In this document: piece by piece, positions 13,725-26,974 of the stretch
How the letters are laid out: each line of letters opens with the position of its first letter
Position numbering within the stretch: position 1 is the first letter of the stretch
DNA from: Hypanus sabinus
Taxonomy: Eukaryota
Reading direction: 5' to 3'
Assembly: GCF_030144855.1 (NCBI RefSeq)
Contig: NW_026781537.1
Coordinates: 62,001-126,000 of the forward strand
Length of the DNA: 64,000 nt
Translations under genes and position numbers: made by a program
Notes under the pieces: generated by a model
Told to the model about the DNA's origin: nothing
Seen by the model: only the letters and a program-made list of their open reading frames with translations
Database searches by the model: none

Positions 13725-13829
13725 GTCAGAGTGGCCGAGGGGTCTAAGGCGCCAGACGTAAGGGGAGAAAGTCGCTTCCTAGTAAACACGAGTGTTTTGG
13801 AGGCGTGGGTTCGAACCCCACTTCCTTAT
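13725..13829 (+). pseudogene. tRNA-Leu pseudogene (intron-containing, TAA at anticodon position)
   Basis: GTCAGAGTGGCCGAGGGGTCTAAGGCGCCAGACG-TAA-G, intron-like segment, deleted anticodon 3' stem/variable arm, B box GGTTCGAACCC, T6 tract at 13839-13844. Confidence 0.78.
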
Positions 13830-14629
13830 AAGTCGTTGTTTTTTACGTACTGTTTTTTTATAATGCAATCACTGTAATTTTACTGCAACGATCAAATCGT
13901 TGTCTGTTTGGGAATATGCGGAAGAGGCAAGTGAGATGAAGATTTTGTTTTAGTCACAACCGAGAGCAGAACAACAAGATACATTGCTAGGGATTCGGGC
14001 TGCGGAGTTTGATGAGAAAGAGGCCTCGGTGAAGAGTGTCTGCGTCACCTTTCCAACCGTGGCTGTTGTTGGACAGAATGACATCGGGGCCATTCAGACA
14101 CGTTGTTGGTCTCTATATTGAAACGGCATTTTACATCGTCTTTGTAATGCGTACATCTGCCGTGCAGCTCAGTAACGTGCGTTTAACACCTTTCTGGATT
14201 TGGGAATACCGGATTAATCATTCTGGACCGGATTATGTCCACTTTTTGTGGGTTAACAGGCCGCTCTTCCTTGTTTTGCAATGCAGCTGTTTTGAATGGC
14301 ACAGCATGGAAAACAGCGTACGGCCCAATTGGTTCATAGTTCAAAGCAGAGAGTAAATTTTGCATCACAGCCTTTCTATGTAAACGTATCACCATGTACA
14401 ATCAGATTCACTTTCTCGCGGGCATCACAATAAACACAGTAAAATCCATGAAGCACCGCACTTACAGAACTGCCAAAACACTCAACGTGTATAACATAAC
14501 AACCTGTGCAAAGATAAGCCAAAGAATAACGATAATAGCAATATTAGTTGTTATTTTACGTAATAATCCTGGGCGACTACGAAGCCCGCTGGAGTTTGTT
14601 TCGGTGTTACCGCTCTCAGAGACAACCAG

Positions 14630-15870
14630 ATAGAACTATAGAACAATAGAACATTACAGCACAGAAACAGGCCCTTTGGCCCTTCTTGGCTGTGCCGAAC
14701 CATTTTTTCTGTCTAGTCTCACTGACCTGAAACTGGGCCATATCCCTCTAAACCCCTGTCCTCCATATACCTGCCCAAGATCTTCTTAAATGTCCAAAGT
14801 GAGTCCGCATTCACCACTTCATCCAGCAGCTCATTCCACACTCCCACCGCTCTCTGCGTGAAGAAGTCCCCCCACCATGTTCCTTTTACACCTTTCCCCC
14901 TTCGCCCTTAACCCATGACCTCAGTTTTTTTTTTCTCCCATGGTCTCAGTGGAAAAGTCTGCTTGCATTCACTCTATCTATACCCATCATAATTTTAAAC
15001 ACCTCTATCAAATCACCCCTCATTCTCCTACACTGCAGGGAATAAAGTCCTAAACTATTCAACCTTCCGTTGTAACTAAGTTTTGCAAGTCCTGGCGACA
15101 TCCTTGTAAACCTTCTCTGCTCTCTTTCAAACTTATTAATATCCTTCCTGTAATTTCATGACCAAAACTGCACACAATGCTCAAAATTCGGTCTCACTAA
15201 TGTCTTATAAAACCTCACCATTACATTCCAACTCTTGTACTCAATACTTTGAGTTATAAAAGCCAAACGTTTCCGTTATAACATTATCTACTTGTGTAGC
15301 CACATTTTGGGAATTATGTACCTATACTCCCAGATGCCTCTGTTCTACTGCACTCATCAGTGTCCTACCATTTACCTTGCACGTTCTACCTTGGTTTGAC
15401 CCTCCAAAGTGCAATTCCTCACACTTGTCCGCATTGAACTCCATCTGCCATTTGTCAGACCATTCCTCCAACTTGTTCAAATCCCTATGCAAGCTTTGAA
15501 AACTTTCCTCACTGTCCACTGTACCTCCAAAGTTTGTATCATCAGCAAATTTGCTTATCCAATTGGCCACATTATCATTCAGATCATTGATATAGTTAAC
15601 AAATAACAATGGACCCAGCACTGATCACTGTGGCACACCACTTGTCACAGGCTTCAACTCAGAGTAGCAATCCTCCACTACCACTCTCTGGCTTCTTCTA
15701 ATCAACCAATGTCTAATCCAATTTACTAGCTCTCCATGTGTACCTAGCAAATGAATCTTCCTAACTAACCTCCCATGCAGGACCTAGTCAAAGACGTTAG
15801 TGAAGTCCATGTATACAAAATAAACTGCCTTCTCTTCATCCCCTTTCCAGGTACCTTCCTCGACAATCAC
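14630..15870 (-). mobile_element. CR1 LINE 3' part with RT
   Basis: GPLLFVNYINDL and ISKFADDT in ORF 15322-15621; (TTCTA)-type tail at 14630-14650. Confidence 0.92.
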
Positions 15871-15889
15871 TAATAGATTGGGTAATTGA

Positions 15890-16325
15890 TGCTCTTACGG
15901 ACCGGTTTGTGGACAAAATGGCGGAGCAGGACATCTGGAGGAAGCAGAAAGCCTACAAAAGGACGGAGACAGATTAAGAGAATGGGTAAAGAAGTGGCAG
16001 ATAGTACATGCTGTCAGGAAATATATGGTCATGCACTTGAGCAGAAGAAATAAAATGGAAGGCTATTTTTTCAACGCATAGAAAATTGGAAAATCGGAGA
16101 TGCAAAAGGACTCTAGGGATGCACAATGGGATTTTCAGATTTTTAAATGCACTGACGTGGCCTTACCTTGAGTAATGTGAGCAGTTTGGAGCCCCTTGTC
16201 TGAGACAGGTTGTGCTGTGACTGAAGACGGTTCAGAGGTGGTTTAGAAAATTATTCCCGGGTTGAAAGCTTTGTCATGCGAGAAGCATATGACGGTTCTG
16301 GGTCTCCACTCTCGGCAATTCAGCA
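15890..16325 (+). mobile_element. Second CR1-family fragment in opposite orientation
   Basis: 'gcagaaagcctacaaaaggac...gacagattaagagaatgggtaaagaagtggcagat'; mirrored at about 61260-61830. Confidence 0.7.
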
Positions 16326-16902
16326 GTGTCAGTGGTTCCCCCTTCAACCACCCCTTGGTCTCTTTCAGTATCTATCACCCGTGTCACCCAGCTGACTAAT
16401 GTACAGTGTCTCCCGTATCCACCACTCATGTCTCCCGCCTGACTACTGGACGGTGTCTCCCCGTGTCTATCACTCCAGTCACCTGGCGGTATAGGCGCTC
16501 CTGCTCCGTTATTAAATATAGCTTCATTCAGTTTCAGCTGCAGCTGATAAATATCTTGATCCCCTGCCGGAACTAATCGGCGAGGCTTCTCTGGGAAATA
16601 GGTGCCCTCTTTTGCTCTAATAGAGCGGCAAGTACTCCAGGAAAAAAAAAATCAAATTCAGACCTGCCAGTGGGAAAGACGTTCCAATATTTTATCAGTT
16701 AATCCCTGTTTCCATTCCTCGACCACTTTCAGCAAATGTAAAGTTTCCTGTCGCTCTAGCTGCTCCCAGAACGTAAAATGACAGGTTTAGACGGGATGTA
16801 CCTCACAGTTCCGCCTTTCCGCTGATCAATCTACTTAGCAGGAATTGCACCTTCTCAAAAACAGCACTGAACACATGGTGAATGGACAAGATGTTCAAAA
16901 AG

Positions 16903-17983
16903 TGTCATGGGGGGACATGGGGAGTAGACCCCCACTACACAGACACTGAACAACCAGGAACAGGACCAGGCATGAATAGGAAGCAAGGGAAGAGGAAAAA
17001 AGGACGTTGGACATGACACAGGCCCCGGACGAGACAAGGATTCCGGGCCTGGTCTAGGACTTGACAAGGAGAGCGGAACCAGGACATGAAACTGGGTAGA
17101 AGGAGCCTGGGCTTAGACTCCCAGTCAGAGACTGGACGAGGACACAGACCTTGGGTCTTCACTCGGGCTGAGACTCCAGAAACCGGCGAAGACAAGACAA
17201 GGTTACAAGACGCGGAGTTGGCACAGGACTAGACGTGAGACTATTGGACCCCAGCACAGGACGACGGAATCCCAGCACTGGGCTGAGCGAAGGACATCGA
17301 AAATACGAGGACACAGAGCCGTGGGTTGGACAGGACAAGGACCTAGGACGTGACTGGGATTGGACGAGACCCCGGAGCCTTGACTTGGTCGAAGAAGGGA
17401 CAGGAAAGCAGAACACTGAGCCTAGGGAGAGAGAGGAACAGGGAAAACCGAGCTGGGACTCCTCCTTGGGTACAGGACGGAGAGCCGGGACTCATTACAC
17501 AAAACGCTGAACACGACGAGACAGTTCCTAACGTTAGGAAGCGGCAAAACGGCCGGACCTACCTAGAGAAGGCATGGACACGGATAGGCAGTTCCCAACG
17601 CTAGGTTGCCGCAAAACGACTGGACCTACCTAGAGAAGTCGTGGACAGGAACAGACAGTTGCAAACAGGGCGAGGCTCCAGACACAGAAAAGGCTAGACA
17701 AGGCGAGGCGAGTCAACGCCCCAGAGGAGGCAAGGCAAAACTAGTGTGCAGAGGCGTAGCGAGGCAAGGCTCCCGGCCGGAAGGCTAGGGGGAGGGAAAC
17801 GGACGGGGGATTTGGATAGGAGCGATCCAGCAGCCAGAGACTGAATCCTAAAGCAATCGATGAAGCCAGCCCAAACAACAATAAGCTGCCTCAACAGAAA
17901 CTGTGGAAGCCCAGAAAACCTGGAGTAAGGAGCTAGACTGGTGCGTGAACCGGGATGAGGATTTCACGGACCGGACCATGACA
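16903..17983 (-). mobile_element. Solo LTR with 5-bp TSD AAAAG
   Basis: TGTCATGG...CCATGACA termini; AAAAG at 16898-16902 and 17984-17988; empty site in the mirror arm at about 60540-60560. Confidence 0.92.
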
Positions 17984-18434
17984 AAAAGTTCTCTCGGTTT
18001 CTCTCTTCGCATGTTCCATCCATTTCTATCTAATCTGGGCAGACCAACGATGGTGTGTCAATAGTCTCAGTTGCTCCAACATCCGATTCCGTAAGTTCCA
18101 ACTGCAACGGAAGGTAACCATCGTAGGGGTACTCATCAGTACTCGGAATATCAAGGACACTCATTGGCGCCAAAGGAAAGTGGGTCGGACACCGGTTGTA
18201 AGTGCATCAATAAAGCAACTTAACGTCAGAACCTGTGTCAATTATGTCTCTAGCATAAGCACTATCAATCTGTAGAGATACATCAGAGCTTGGCCACAGT
18301 ATCCCTTCAGGAATAGCATTTTTCGCACTCCCTCTTAAATTGACTATTTTCCCGTCAGTTGCGACAGAAAACACTGGTCATGGCACTGTTCTAAGGACCC
18401 TACACAGTAGCAGCCATCGCCCCGGTACATCACT

Positions 18435-18665
18435 GCGTCATGTATAGAAATACTTAGCAACGTGGACTCACCAGTGAAGTCAAGCACCGACTGCCCTGCG
18501 TCACAGGGAGGGGTTCTCCTTTTATACCATGTTGAACAAAACTATCACATGACCACACACTGGAGGGGAAAATGACGTCACTCCACCATCACAAGATCAT
18601 TACCTCATCTCCAGTATAGCCTCAATCACGTAATAGTCACGTGCCAAGTACCAGATACCCACAGG
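18435..18665 (-). mobile_element. LTR-like fragment inserted in the PNMA-type Gypsy remnant
   Basis: Contains 'gtataaaaggagaacccc' on minus; same junction at about 54870-55020; absent near 59900. Confidence 0.55.
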
Positions 18666-19729
18666 TACGCAACAATCGGCATTTGGTGCTTGATGGCAGC
18701 TCCAATCGAGATCATCCCTATTACGTCGGTCGTCAGATGTTTCACCACGACCTGCAAAACCAACACTTGTGTGACTTTCAGCAGTGGCAATAGCATCTTC
18801 CAGAGCTTGCAGGTAACTCGCTGATGAGGCAATAAATTTTCTGCCTTTAGGAAACTCGCTATATCAACAGCTATATCAAGCTCTCTGCCAGACTCAGTTT
18901 TCTCACATTATTCATCCAGTAACTGAGAAGTCTGCTCAGCCCAAGCCTCACATTCTTCATCTTCATCGGATGTGGGCTTGATGCCACCGAACGTTCCAAG
19001 CCTACAAAACTGGCTTTCCGAGGAAATCCCTCTGCATTTATCAACCAGAGATGTAAAGCCAAACCGAGTTCAGAATTTAAATCAACTGCTGAATGAATCA
19101 TTAGACCATTCACATCAGACAGCTTCTTCGCCTCACTCCGCAGAAACGAGAGCAACTTGTCTTTAAAGTCTTTGGCGTCAGTTACGGGAAACTCGACTTC
19201 CAATTCAGCACTCTCTGCTTAACTCCACTCTTCTCTGAAAGCAGGGACGGCCCATGGCCCCGCCTCTCCAGATACTCCAATGGGAACAGGCAGAACCACT
19301 CCCGTCAGGTCATCGCCTGTTTGGATAAAAACATGTTTACCCGCCATTTAGTCAAACTACCATCCCATGATCGTACCTTCACTAATATTTACGATAATTG
19401 AATCCTTTAAGCAATTAATTAATCTGGTCTTTCCCTCACTGAATCCTTCGTTCTGGCTCGCCCAGTTGTGGCTTGTCCTGTTTCATCGGAGTGTGAATTT
19501 CATGCTCAGTTTCCTATCGGGCAAGCTGTTTGTGCCTGAAGGAGCAAATCTTGTGGCCGTTCAATTCGGCTGATCACTGTATCCACCGATCCTGGTGGAT
19601 AGCAACCATCCTCCATCACTCCCTCACCTACTGCTTCTCGGGTCGTGACTGAACCAGCCCACGCCCGTTGCTTCGTCCTTGACCAGAGAACCCTGGTTTT
19701 CTATAGAACTCTGGTCAGGTTGCGTGTGG

Positions 19730-20400
19730 AATATTGCATTTAGTTTCAGTCGCCCCATTACAGGGAGCATGGCGAGGATTTGGAAAGGGGATAGAGGAGG
19801 TTATCAGGAGGACCTTTAAGAGGAGATCTACAAGATTTCAAGATGCAGAAATTACACTAACTTGAACAGTTCCTTTCGGAGTGGCAGAAGCCAGGGCAAT
19901 CCTTATTGTCATAAAGTGATGTTGCCGCTTTATCAATCTGTAGTTAGGTTCCATCTGGAGTTTAAAATTGGTTTCGGTCGCCCCGTTGTATGGAAGAGGT
20001 CGAGACTTTGTAAAAGGTTCATAAAAGGTTTATAGGGAGTTAGATCTAAAAAGAGGATTTGCACGAATTTGTGTTATTCTTTCCAGAATGGCAGCCACCA
20101 AGGGAAGACAGAGAGGCGGAAATACAGTAAGCAACTGTAAAAGTTCTCAAAAATTTAAGTACTGGATAATAGAGGACATGCAGTTGAGGTGAGAGTGGAA
20201 AATGTTGAAAGAGTTGTATGGGGAAATGTTTAAAACTACACAAAGCAGAGAGTAGCCGGTGGCTAGAATGCATTTCTAGCGTGATGGTGAAGGCGGTGGT
20301 AATTATGAGATTCTGAGATAGGTAATCAAATACACAGAGAAGGATCGGATATGGAAAACATGCAGGCAGAATGATCAGTTTAATTAGGCATCACCGGCTT
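19730..20400 (+). mobile_element. Decayed CR1 fragments
   Basis: Two partial copies of the 'tcagtcgccccattacaggg...ttggaaaggg' CR1 3' segment. Confidence 0.5.
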
Positions 20401-21200
20401 AATCATATCAGCCCAACATCACACACTAAACTGTCTCTTCCTGTACTGAACTGTCTATCTGGACCACTAATCACTGATAAGGGAAATTTATTTTCCACCC
20501 CATCGTGAATATCGTTTCCTTCATTCTGAGTCTATGACCCATGGTAAAAGAATTTTAATTCAATTGAAACATCCTCTCAGCAGTCGGTCCGACTTACCTG
20601 AAAGAATCCATCAATTCGCCTAACAATTTCAGAGAATATAGGCGCAGCTCATGCACTCTCCCCTCACAAAGACAGCCTGCCGTCGCTTGCATCCGTCAGG
20701 TCAGTGTGAGGAATAGTACATTCACTCTCTCTGTTGCAGGGATAACTTTCCTGAGGAACTGTGTCCAGACCTGGAAATTCTATTTAATGTGCATTCAGGC
20801 TGAAGGATTAGATTGATAAGGCATCACTGGCTTAATTATGTCAGCCCAACATCACAGACAAAATGTCCTCCTCCTGTCCTGTACTTTCATATGTTTTAAC
20901 TGAAGAGAGAATCATTCTTGCTGAATATCCGCTCCTTCATTCTGGGACTGTGACACATGGTGATATAATGATGATTCAGGGGAAATTTCTTCCCAGCAAC
21001 TGAGCTGAATGATCTGAAAGAATCCAACAACTCTCCTCAGAATTCCAGCGAATACAGTCTCACTCTCCCCGCACACAGCAAGTGTGTCATCCCCAGGACT
21101 ATACTGTCAGTGTGAGGAATAGTTTCGGCACCCTCTCTTCAATAGTGACAACTTTCATAAGGAAGTGTGATAAGACCTGGATCTAACATTCAAGGTGTAT
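20385..21200. repeat. Diverged tandem duplication, unit about 430 bp
   Basis: 'ggcatcac(c/t)ggcttaat..t.tcagcccaacatcaca.ac' at about 20387 and 20820 with colinear downstream sequence; mirrored at 57120-57930. Confidence 0.7.
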
Positions 21201-22491
21201 TCTCACCACAATTGCAGTACATCTCCCGGTAAGACATCTCTATAACTCTTATCAATCCTCCTGTATCACAACACAAAATACTGTTCGGCTTCTAAATTGT
21301 TTGCGGTATCTGAATGTTAGCTCTTAGTTATTTGTTTACAAGGAACATCAGGGCCCTCCGAACCGTTCACTCTGGCCCCATGTAAATATTGATTTTCTAG
21401 TTTGTTCCTCTGGGAATGAATGGCCTCACATAATCCTATATACTGGCCGCCTGCCACATCTTCACTCCTTCACTTCTATCCCCAAACCCTCCCTACGCCT
21501 TTCTCATTGACATTCAGCTCTATAGAACAGCCGACATGCATATAATATATAACATCTTCACTCCTTCACTTCTATCCCCAAACCCTCCCTGCGTCTTTCT
21601 CATTGCCATTCAGCTCTATAGAACAGCTGACATGCATATAATATAGTTCTTCCTCACATCCACATCTACACTGTAGACTGTGAATAGCTGCGGTTTCAAA
21701 CACAAACCTTGAGTCGCCTAAAATGTTCGAACGTGGTCAATTTATTCCATCTGTCTGACATTAACCTGCTGACTAATTCTGACACACGCATATTATCCAG
21801 AACCCTACGTGCTAATCCGAAACTTTCTTAATTTCTTCCAATACTACATTCACAATTTCCCAATTTTCCAGCTGTTCGTCCAATCCGGAGCTCACACTGA
21901 CACTGCTAACCCCGTGGGTGTGGATATGGAGACTTGGTCTTTGTCTCTGCTGTAGGACAGTAGTGCCGAATTCAATGGAAATATTATTCATCTGTGTTTC
22001 AGTGTAGCCGTTGTATTGGTAATCTGTGTCTGGGTCTTGAGTACAGTGTGGGACTGAATCTGAATTTCTCTGTTGACTGAAACTGTGGAACGAATGAGCA
22101 GTCGGTGTCTCTGTGCGTTGTACCACACCTTGTAGCGAGGAGCAACTGCTCTGGAGCCTCCACAGGAGGGAAAAGCGGAGATGATTGAAGTTTTTCCTTT
22201 TTGGCTGGAGAAGGAAAGTCGGTCAGTGATGGGGAGGTAAATGTCAGACGGTTGTGTGAAGCGGCCGTTGCAGCCTGTACCATTGTCAATCTGTCGGTTT
22301 GACTCTCTGTCTCTTTCACACATAGTAAATATTGTATATGACGCTTGTCTTTCTTTCATTCACTTTCATCCATCCTACGTCGATTCATCTCCCAAATTAG
22401 AGACCTATGTTACTATTTCCAGCTGAATATTTCCTTTGCAGATCTAAGCATTTCTTCGTTTAATCTCTGACAGGTTTGAGCTGCTGTTAAA

Positions 22492-22812
22492 ACAGACAGA
22501 CAGACAGACAGACAGACATATTCTATTGATCCCTAGGGAAATTGGGTTTCTTTACAGACGCACCAACCAAGAATAGTGTAGACATATAGCAATATAAAAC
22601 CATAAATAATTAAACAATAAACATCTTAATCATGCCAAGTGGAAATGAGTCCAGGACAAGCCTATTGGCTCAGGGTATCTGACACTACGAGGGAGGAGTT
22701 GTAAAGTTGGATGGCCACAGGCAGGAATGACTGCCTACGGCGATCAGTATTATATCTCGATGGAATGAGTCTCTGGCTGAATGTACTCCTGTGCCTAACC
22801 AGCAACCAGTGT
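22492..22812 (-). mobile_element. Rex/Babar-like LINE 3' end with (GACA)n tail, running into the gap
   Basis: STFSQRLI...TDRRRQSFLPVAIQLYNSS; (CAGA)n at 22492-22518; absent from right-arm copies. Confidence 0.75.
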
Positions 22813-23091
22813 NNNNNNNNNNNNNNNNNNNNNNNNNNNNNNNNNNNNNNNNNNNNNNNNNNNNNNNNNNNNNNNNNNNNNNNNNNNNNNNNNNNNNNNN
22901 NNNNNNNNNNNNNNNNNNNNNNNNNNNNNNNNNNNNNNNNNNNNNNNNNNNNNNNNNNNNNNNNNNNNNNNNNNNNNNNNNNNNNNNNNNNNNNNNNNNN
23001 NNNNNNNNNNNNNNNNNNNNNNNNNNNNNNNNNNNNNNNNNNNNNNNNNNNNNNNNNNNNNNNNNNNNNNNNNNNNNNNNNNNNNNNNNNN
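22813..23091. other. Assembly gap
   Basis: Run of N. Confidence 1.
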
Positions 23092-23403
23092 TCGAACATC
23101 GAAAACCACAGGGAGAGAAGTTTGGCGTCGGACGTGTCGTTGAAATCTGCTCACAAGTGGAGAATTAGAGGACAAAAATTTGAAATCTGTAAATGTGGCT
23201 GCTTCGGGTGTTTGTCAAGGGAGCTCCGACATTCTTTTCACTAAGTGAGTAACCGCTGAGGTAATGCCTAAGAATTCAAAAATTCTTGTCTCTGTCGGAC
23301 CAGTATTTACATCAGAGACAATAAATGGTGTTGAATTACCATGACTTTTAAGCGACTGTATTCAGTCAGCAGCATTACCGTGTCTCTGCAGACTGGTCCT
23401 TTA

Positions 23404-23409
23404 TATAAA
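23404..23409 (+). promoter_or_regulatory. Candidate TATA box of GPCR gene A
   Basis: TATAAA about 85 bp upstream of the ATG at 23495, retained in the third exon-1 copy. Confidence 0.5.
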
Positions 23410-23494
23410 TCAAGGCCGTTTTAAATATATTAGCCCAGAGTTTCTGAAGGAGCTGTGAATTCAGGAGCAACACAATTGGCAGTTTATCACTGAA

Positions 23495-23564
23495 ATGGGT
23501 TATCCAGTCCTTTTGCGGATAGGAGAAGTTTACTATCCTTTTATTTCAGCCTTTGGAATTCTCG
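23495..23564 (+). CDS. GPR139/GPR142-like orphan GPCR gene A, exon 1
   Basis: MGYPVLLRIGEVYYPFISAFGIL plus 1 nt; donor GTAAGC at 23565; phase matches the acceptor at 24926. Confidence 0.9.
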
Positions 23565-24926
23565 GTAAGCTGTGGTATCGGCTGCAATTGGTGGGAATTG
23601 AAGTTTATGTCAATATAGTGATTGATTCTGTCGCTGGTTTCCACAACCTCATTTCGAGCCCTCGTATTCGGCATTCTAGGGATGGAAACAAACCCAGCGA
23701 CTGTGGACTCTGGTTTCTGGATCTAAAAATAAACCGCTGTAAGTATTCAGCGAATCCGCCAACATCGGACGATCTCAATGGGACAAGCAGATATCTTCCA
23801 GCGATTTGTGTTCAATAATATGATGTTCGGTTATCTATGGTATTGGTCTCGCAGCAGCGACACTGCATTTGCAAATATAGTGTTAATGCGACCGCGGAGA
23901 TGACACTAATTGATTGTCTGCATTGGTATGTAAGCGGCTGTGTGTGGTACAATTAAGCTCGAGTGGTGGTAACAATTCAGCAAATGTGAGGGGCTCCATG
24001 TTTGAGCAGAATCTTAAGGATTTTAAGTAAATGTGTGCGGTGTGACAGAAAGTGAAGTAGTTGATGGAAGCACAATGACGGCGTTGCTGATCACTTACCA
24101 AAACCGACGAGTTGATTCATAAGTATCAAAACTGTGAAATGTATTCTATTATCCACATCTGAGACCGCTACGGACATCTGACTGCGTCACCTAGTCTGCT
24201 ACTGGATGTTGAATTTCTGCTCCCCGCTTCCCAGTGATGGATTCAGTCGGGGGCGTCAGGTATATCTGAGAGGCTGTACCAGACTAGGCTGCAACTGCTG
24301 CCTCAGTCAAAGTTCTGCTGTAAAGTCGGCGAGGTGGCAAATGCTGGAATAGGAAACAAACACGGGAAATGCTGGAAACACAAAGCCTCAGGCAGCCTGC
24401 ATAGAAAGAGTAAGAGAAAGTCATTTCATGGTAGCTCTCTGAAAACAGTTCAAGCAAAATACACGCTAACTGCTTTCCCACAGATTCTATTTTTGTCTGG
24501 ATGAGTGGTTCCGGGATTTCCTGTTTCTCTTGTGTCCTTAGGCTATTCTGTCGCTGACAGGGAGTCGCATGGAAATCCACAAATGTTTAATGTAAGAATC
24601 CCGCCATCAGCGTCCCGATTGATGCATTTCATTCATATCGGACGCGAATGACGACGATAGAAAATGTTCCAACCAGTATCGACTCTGATATTACCTCGTT
24701 TTATCTGTCCATTGCCTCTCTGCAGTTTTGGTCAACCGAAAGGAATCCGAATTCAAATCATTTGGCTTTATTTTAATGTGTAAACTCAGCCAGCTCTTGA
24801 CCCTCTCTTCTCCCTTCTACCGCTAAATACAGCAATAAAGGAGAAATATTGCATGGTCCCCGAAAACTGTTGCATTGGGTTCTGCTTAGAATTATCTCAA
24901 TTTTCCATTTTCCTTCTCTCTTCCAG

Positions 24927-25831
24927 CGAACTTGGTGGCGATTGTGATCCTGTCCCGGGATAAGTGCGGTCTGTCCAAATGTGTAACTTGCTACCTGCTG
25001 GGAATGGCAGCGGCCGATCTCCTGGTCGTTATCTCGCATCTGCTCCTGATGCGGACTGCTTGGATATATTTTCCCAGATCATTCCTGTTCATCACTCCTG
25101 TGTGCAGTATCGCTAGATGGTTGATTTTTGCGAGCACTGCGGCCTCTGTCTGGCTGACTGTCGCTTTCACCGTCGATCGATTTGTGGCTATTTGCTGTGA
25201 GAAGCTGAAGACAAAATATTGCACCGAGAGAACGGCGGCTGTGGTTATCGGGACACTGAGTGTACTGGCCTGTTCAGAGAGTGTACCCTGGGGCTTTACT
25301 TCTGAATCTCTTGTAATAATTGATGGTGTTCCCTGGTATTGTGTTCTTACACCGAGCTACAAAAACTGCCCCTCATGGGCGGCGTTTGAGATGCTTCACC
25401 GTATTTTAACCCCTTGTGTCCCATTCTTTCTGATTTTGCTTTTCAATATTCTGACATCCAGGCGGATTCTAGTGGCCAGTCGAGCCCGCAGGAGGATCCG
25501 GGGACAAAAGAGTGGAGAGAATGACAAGGACCGGGAGATGGAGAACAGACAAAAGTCCATCGTTTTGCTCTTCAGAATAACGGGTAGTTTCATATTGTTG
25601 TGGGGAACACGTTTGGTATTTTACATCTATCAACGCATTTCAATGAGTTTTGTTTATTATTCTGTCATGAATCCCGTTTACATTATAGAAGAGACATCGG
25701 GAATGCTGGAGATTCTTAGTTCCTGCACTAACACGTGTATTTACGCCCTGACACAGAGCAAATTCCGAGAGGACCTCAAGAATGTGGTTAAATACCCACT
25801 GAATCGGATTTTGATACTCACTAAAACATAG
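24927..25831 (+). CDS. GPR139/GPR142-like orphan GPCR gene A, exon 2 (spliced product 324 aa)
   Basis: Polypyrimidine tract plus CAG; NLVAIVIL, MAAADLLV, SVWLTVAFTVDRFVAIC, TPCVPF, SSCTNTCIY; 7TM pattern, uninterrupted; AATAAA at 25833. Confidence 0.93.
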
Positions 25832-26974
25832 AAATAAATGCTATGTAGCTACCTTCACGGTCCTATTCTGTACTCCCACTTGTAATAAACGGAAACAATG
25901 TGATGAACAGAGTTTTACACAAAGCAGGAGAAAATCTGTCGATCCTCGCACACACAAAACCATGAAGCTTGACGGCACGAATAGTTGAAAGTTTACTCTT
26001 TCCCAAAGTTGCCACCCATCTGCTAAATTGCTACCGCATTTTGTGTGTGCTGTCTTACAGTAAAAAAAAAACAAATATTTACTGTAGATCGTTACGGCAC
26101 CACTGCATTCAGCATCCCAGAAAAATCCCCTTTGCATCTCACCCTCGTACCGCTTAAGTTGTGCCTTGAGGCGAACCTGTCAACCCTTCTTCCCGATTCT
26201 GACAAAACAGCTTGATATGGAGTATACTTTCCACGGTATTAACCACTCCTGCTCTCATCATTACCCGTCCTTTACTTCACGGTGATTTTCCTCTGTCCCA
26301 TCCTGTAGCTATTCCTTCTGTTTACCGATTTGAACTAATTTCCAGGAACAGAAAGTTAGCTTTCAAAGGGAATGTGGAGGAGCGGTGTTAGGCGGACGAC
26401 GCGATGCTGTGAACCCAAGAACAAAAGACACAGCGAAGCGAAATGGGAACTGATATGATCTAAACCGACACAAAGTGCTGGCGAAAAACTTCAGCTCAGG
26501 CAACAGAATTGGAGAGACAGGAAAGAATCCAATTCTGCTGAAAGGTGTCTGCCCAAAATGTCCACTGTTTACACTTTTCCACAGATGCTGCCTGGCCTGC
26601 AGAGATCCTCCAGCATTTCGGATTTCTGGAATCTGCAGATTGTGTCTTGCTTGTGATTGGTCGAATCTTAATCAGTGTCAACGAGATATTCGGCTGTGCC
26701 AACACAGAGCTGACCCTGTACAAAGAACAAGCGAATAATGGTGAAAAGAACAGTGTTATAGAAATAGAGACTTGATAATCAATGGAATAAAGGCTCAGTT
26801 AATTTTGACTTTACGCACCTGGGAAATTGGAGGGTCACTCTAAACAAACACCATTGGGAATATTAGTACTTACACAATTAGAAAGATGATGGGAGTAGCG
26901 GTAGTTTGTGTTCAGATATTGCATACTCCACAGAAAGCTGAATTGAGGAATCAATCTGAGTCTTTCAGTGGTTG

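Larger units (their letters stand above)
16500..19400 (-). mobile_element. Decayed Gypsy element with PNMA-type gag and protease remnant (copy 1), interrupted by LTR insertions
   Basis: EFPVTDAKDFKDKLLSFLRSEAKKLSDV...LNSEL; EEECEAWAEQTSQLLD in another frame; mirrors 58800-60940. Confidence 0.7.
14543..26974 (+). repeat. Left arm of a large inverted segmental duplication
   Basis: Reverse-complement matches 14543-14630 to 63910-64000, 16500-16900 to 60550-60940, GPCR gene to GPCR gene, and 26700-26974 to 46780-47060. Confidence 0.93.

Noticed and set aside
22662-23244. ORFs spanning N runs (also 42245-42703)
   Set aside because: Artefacts of assembly gaps
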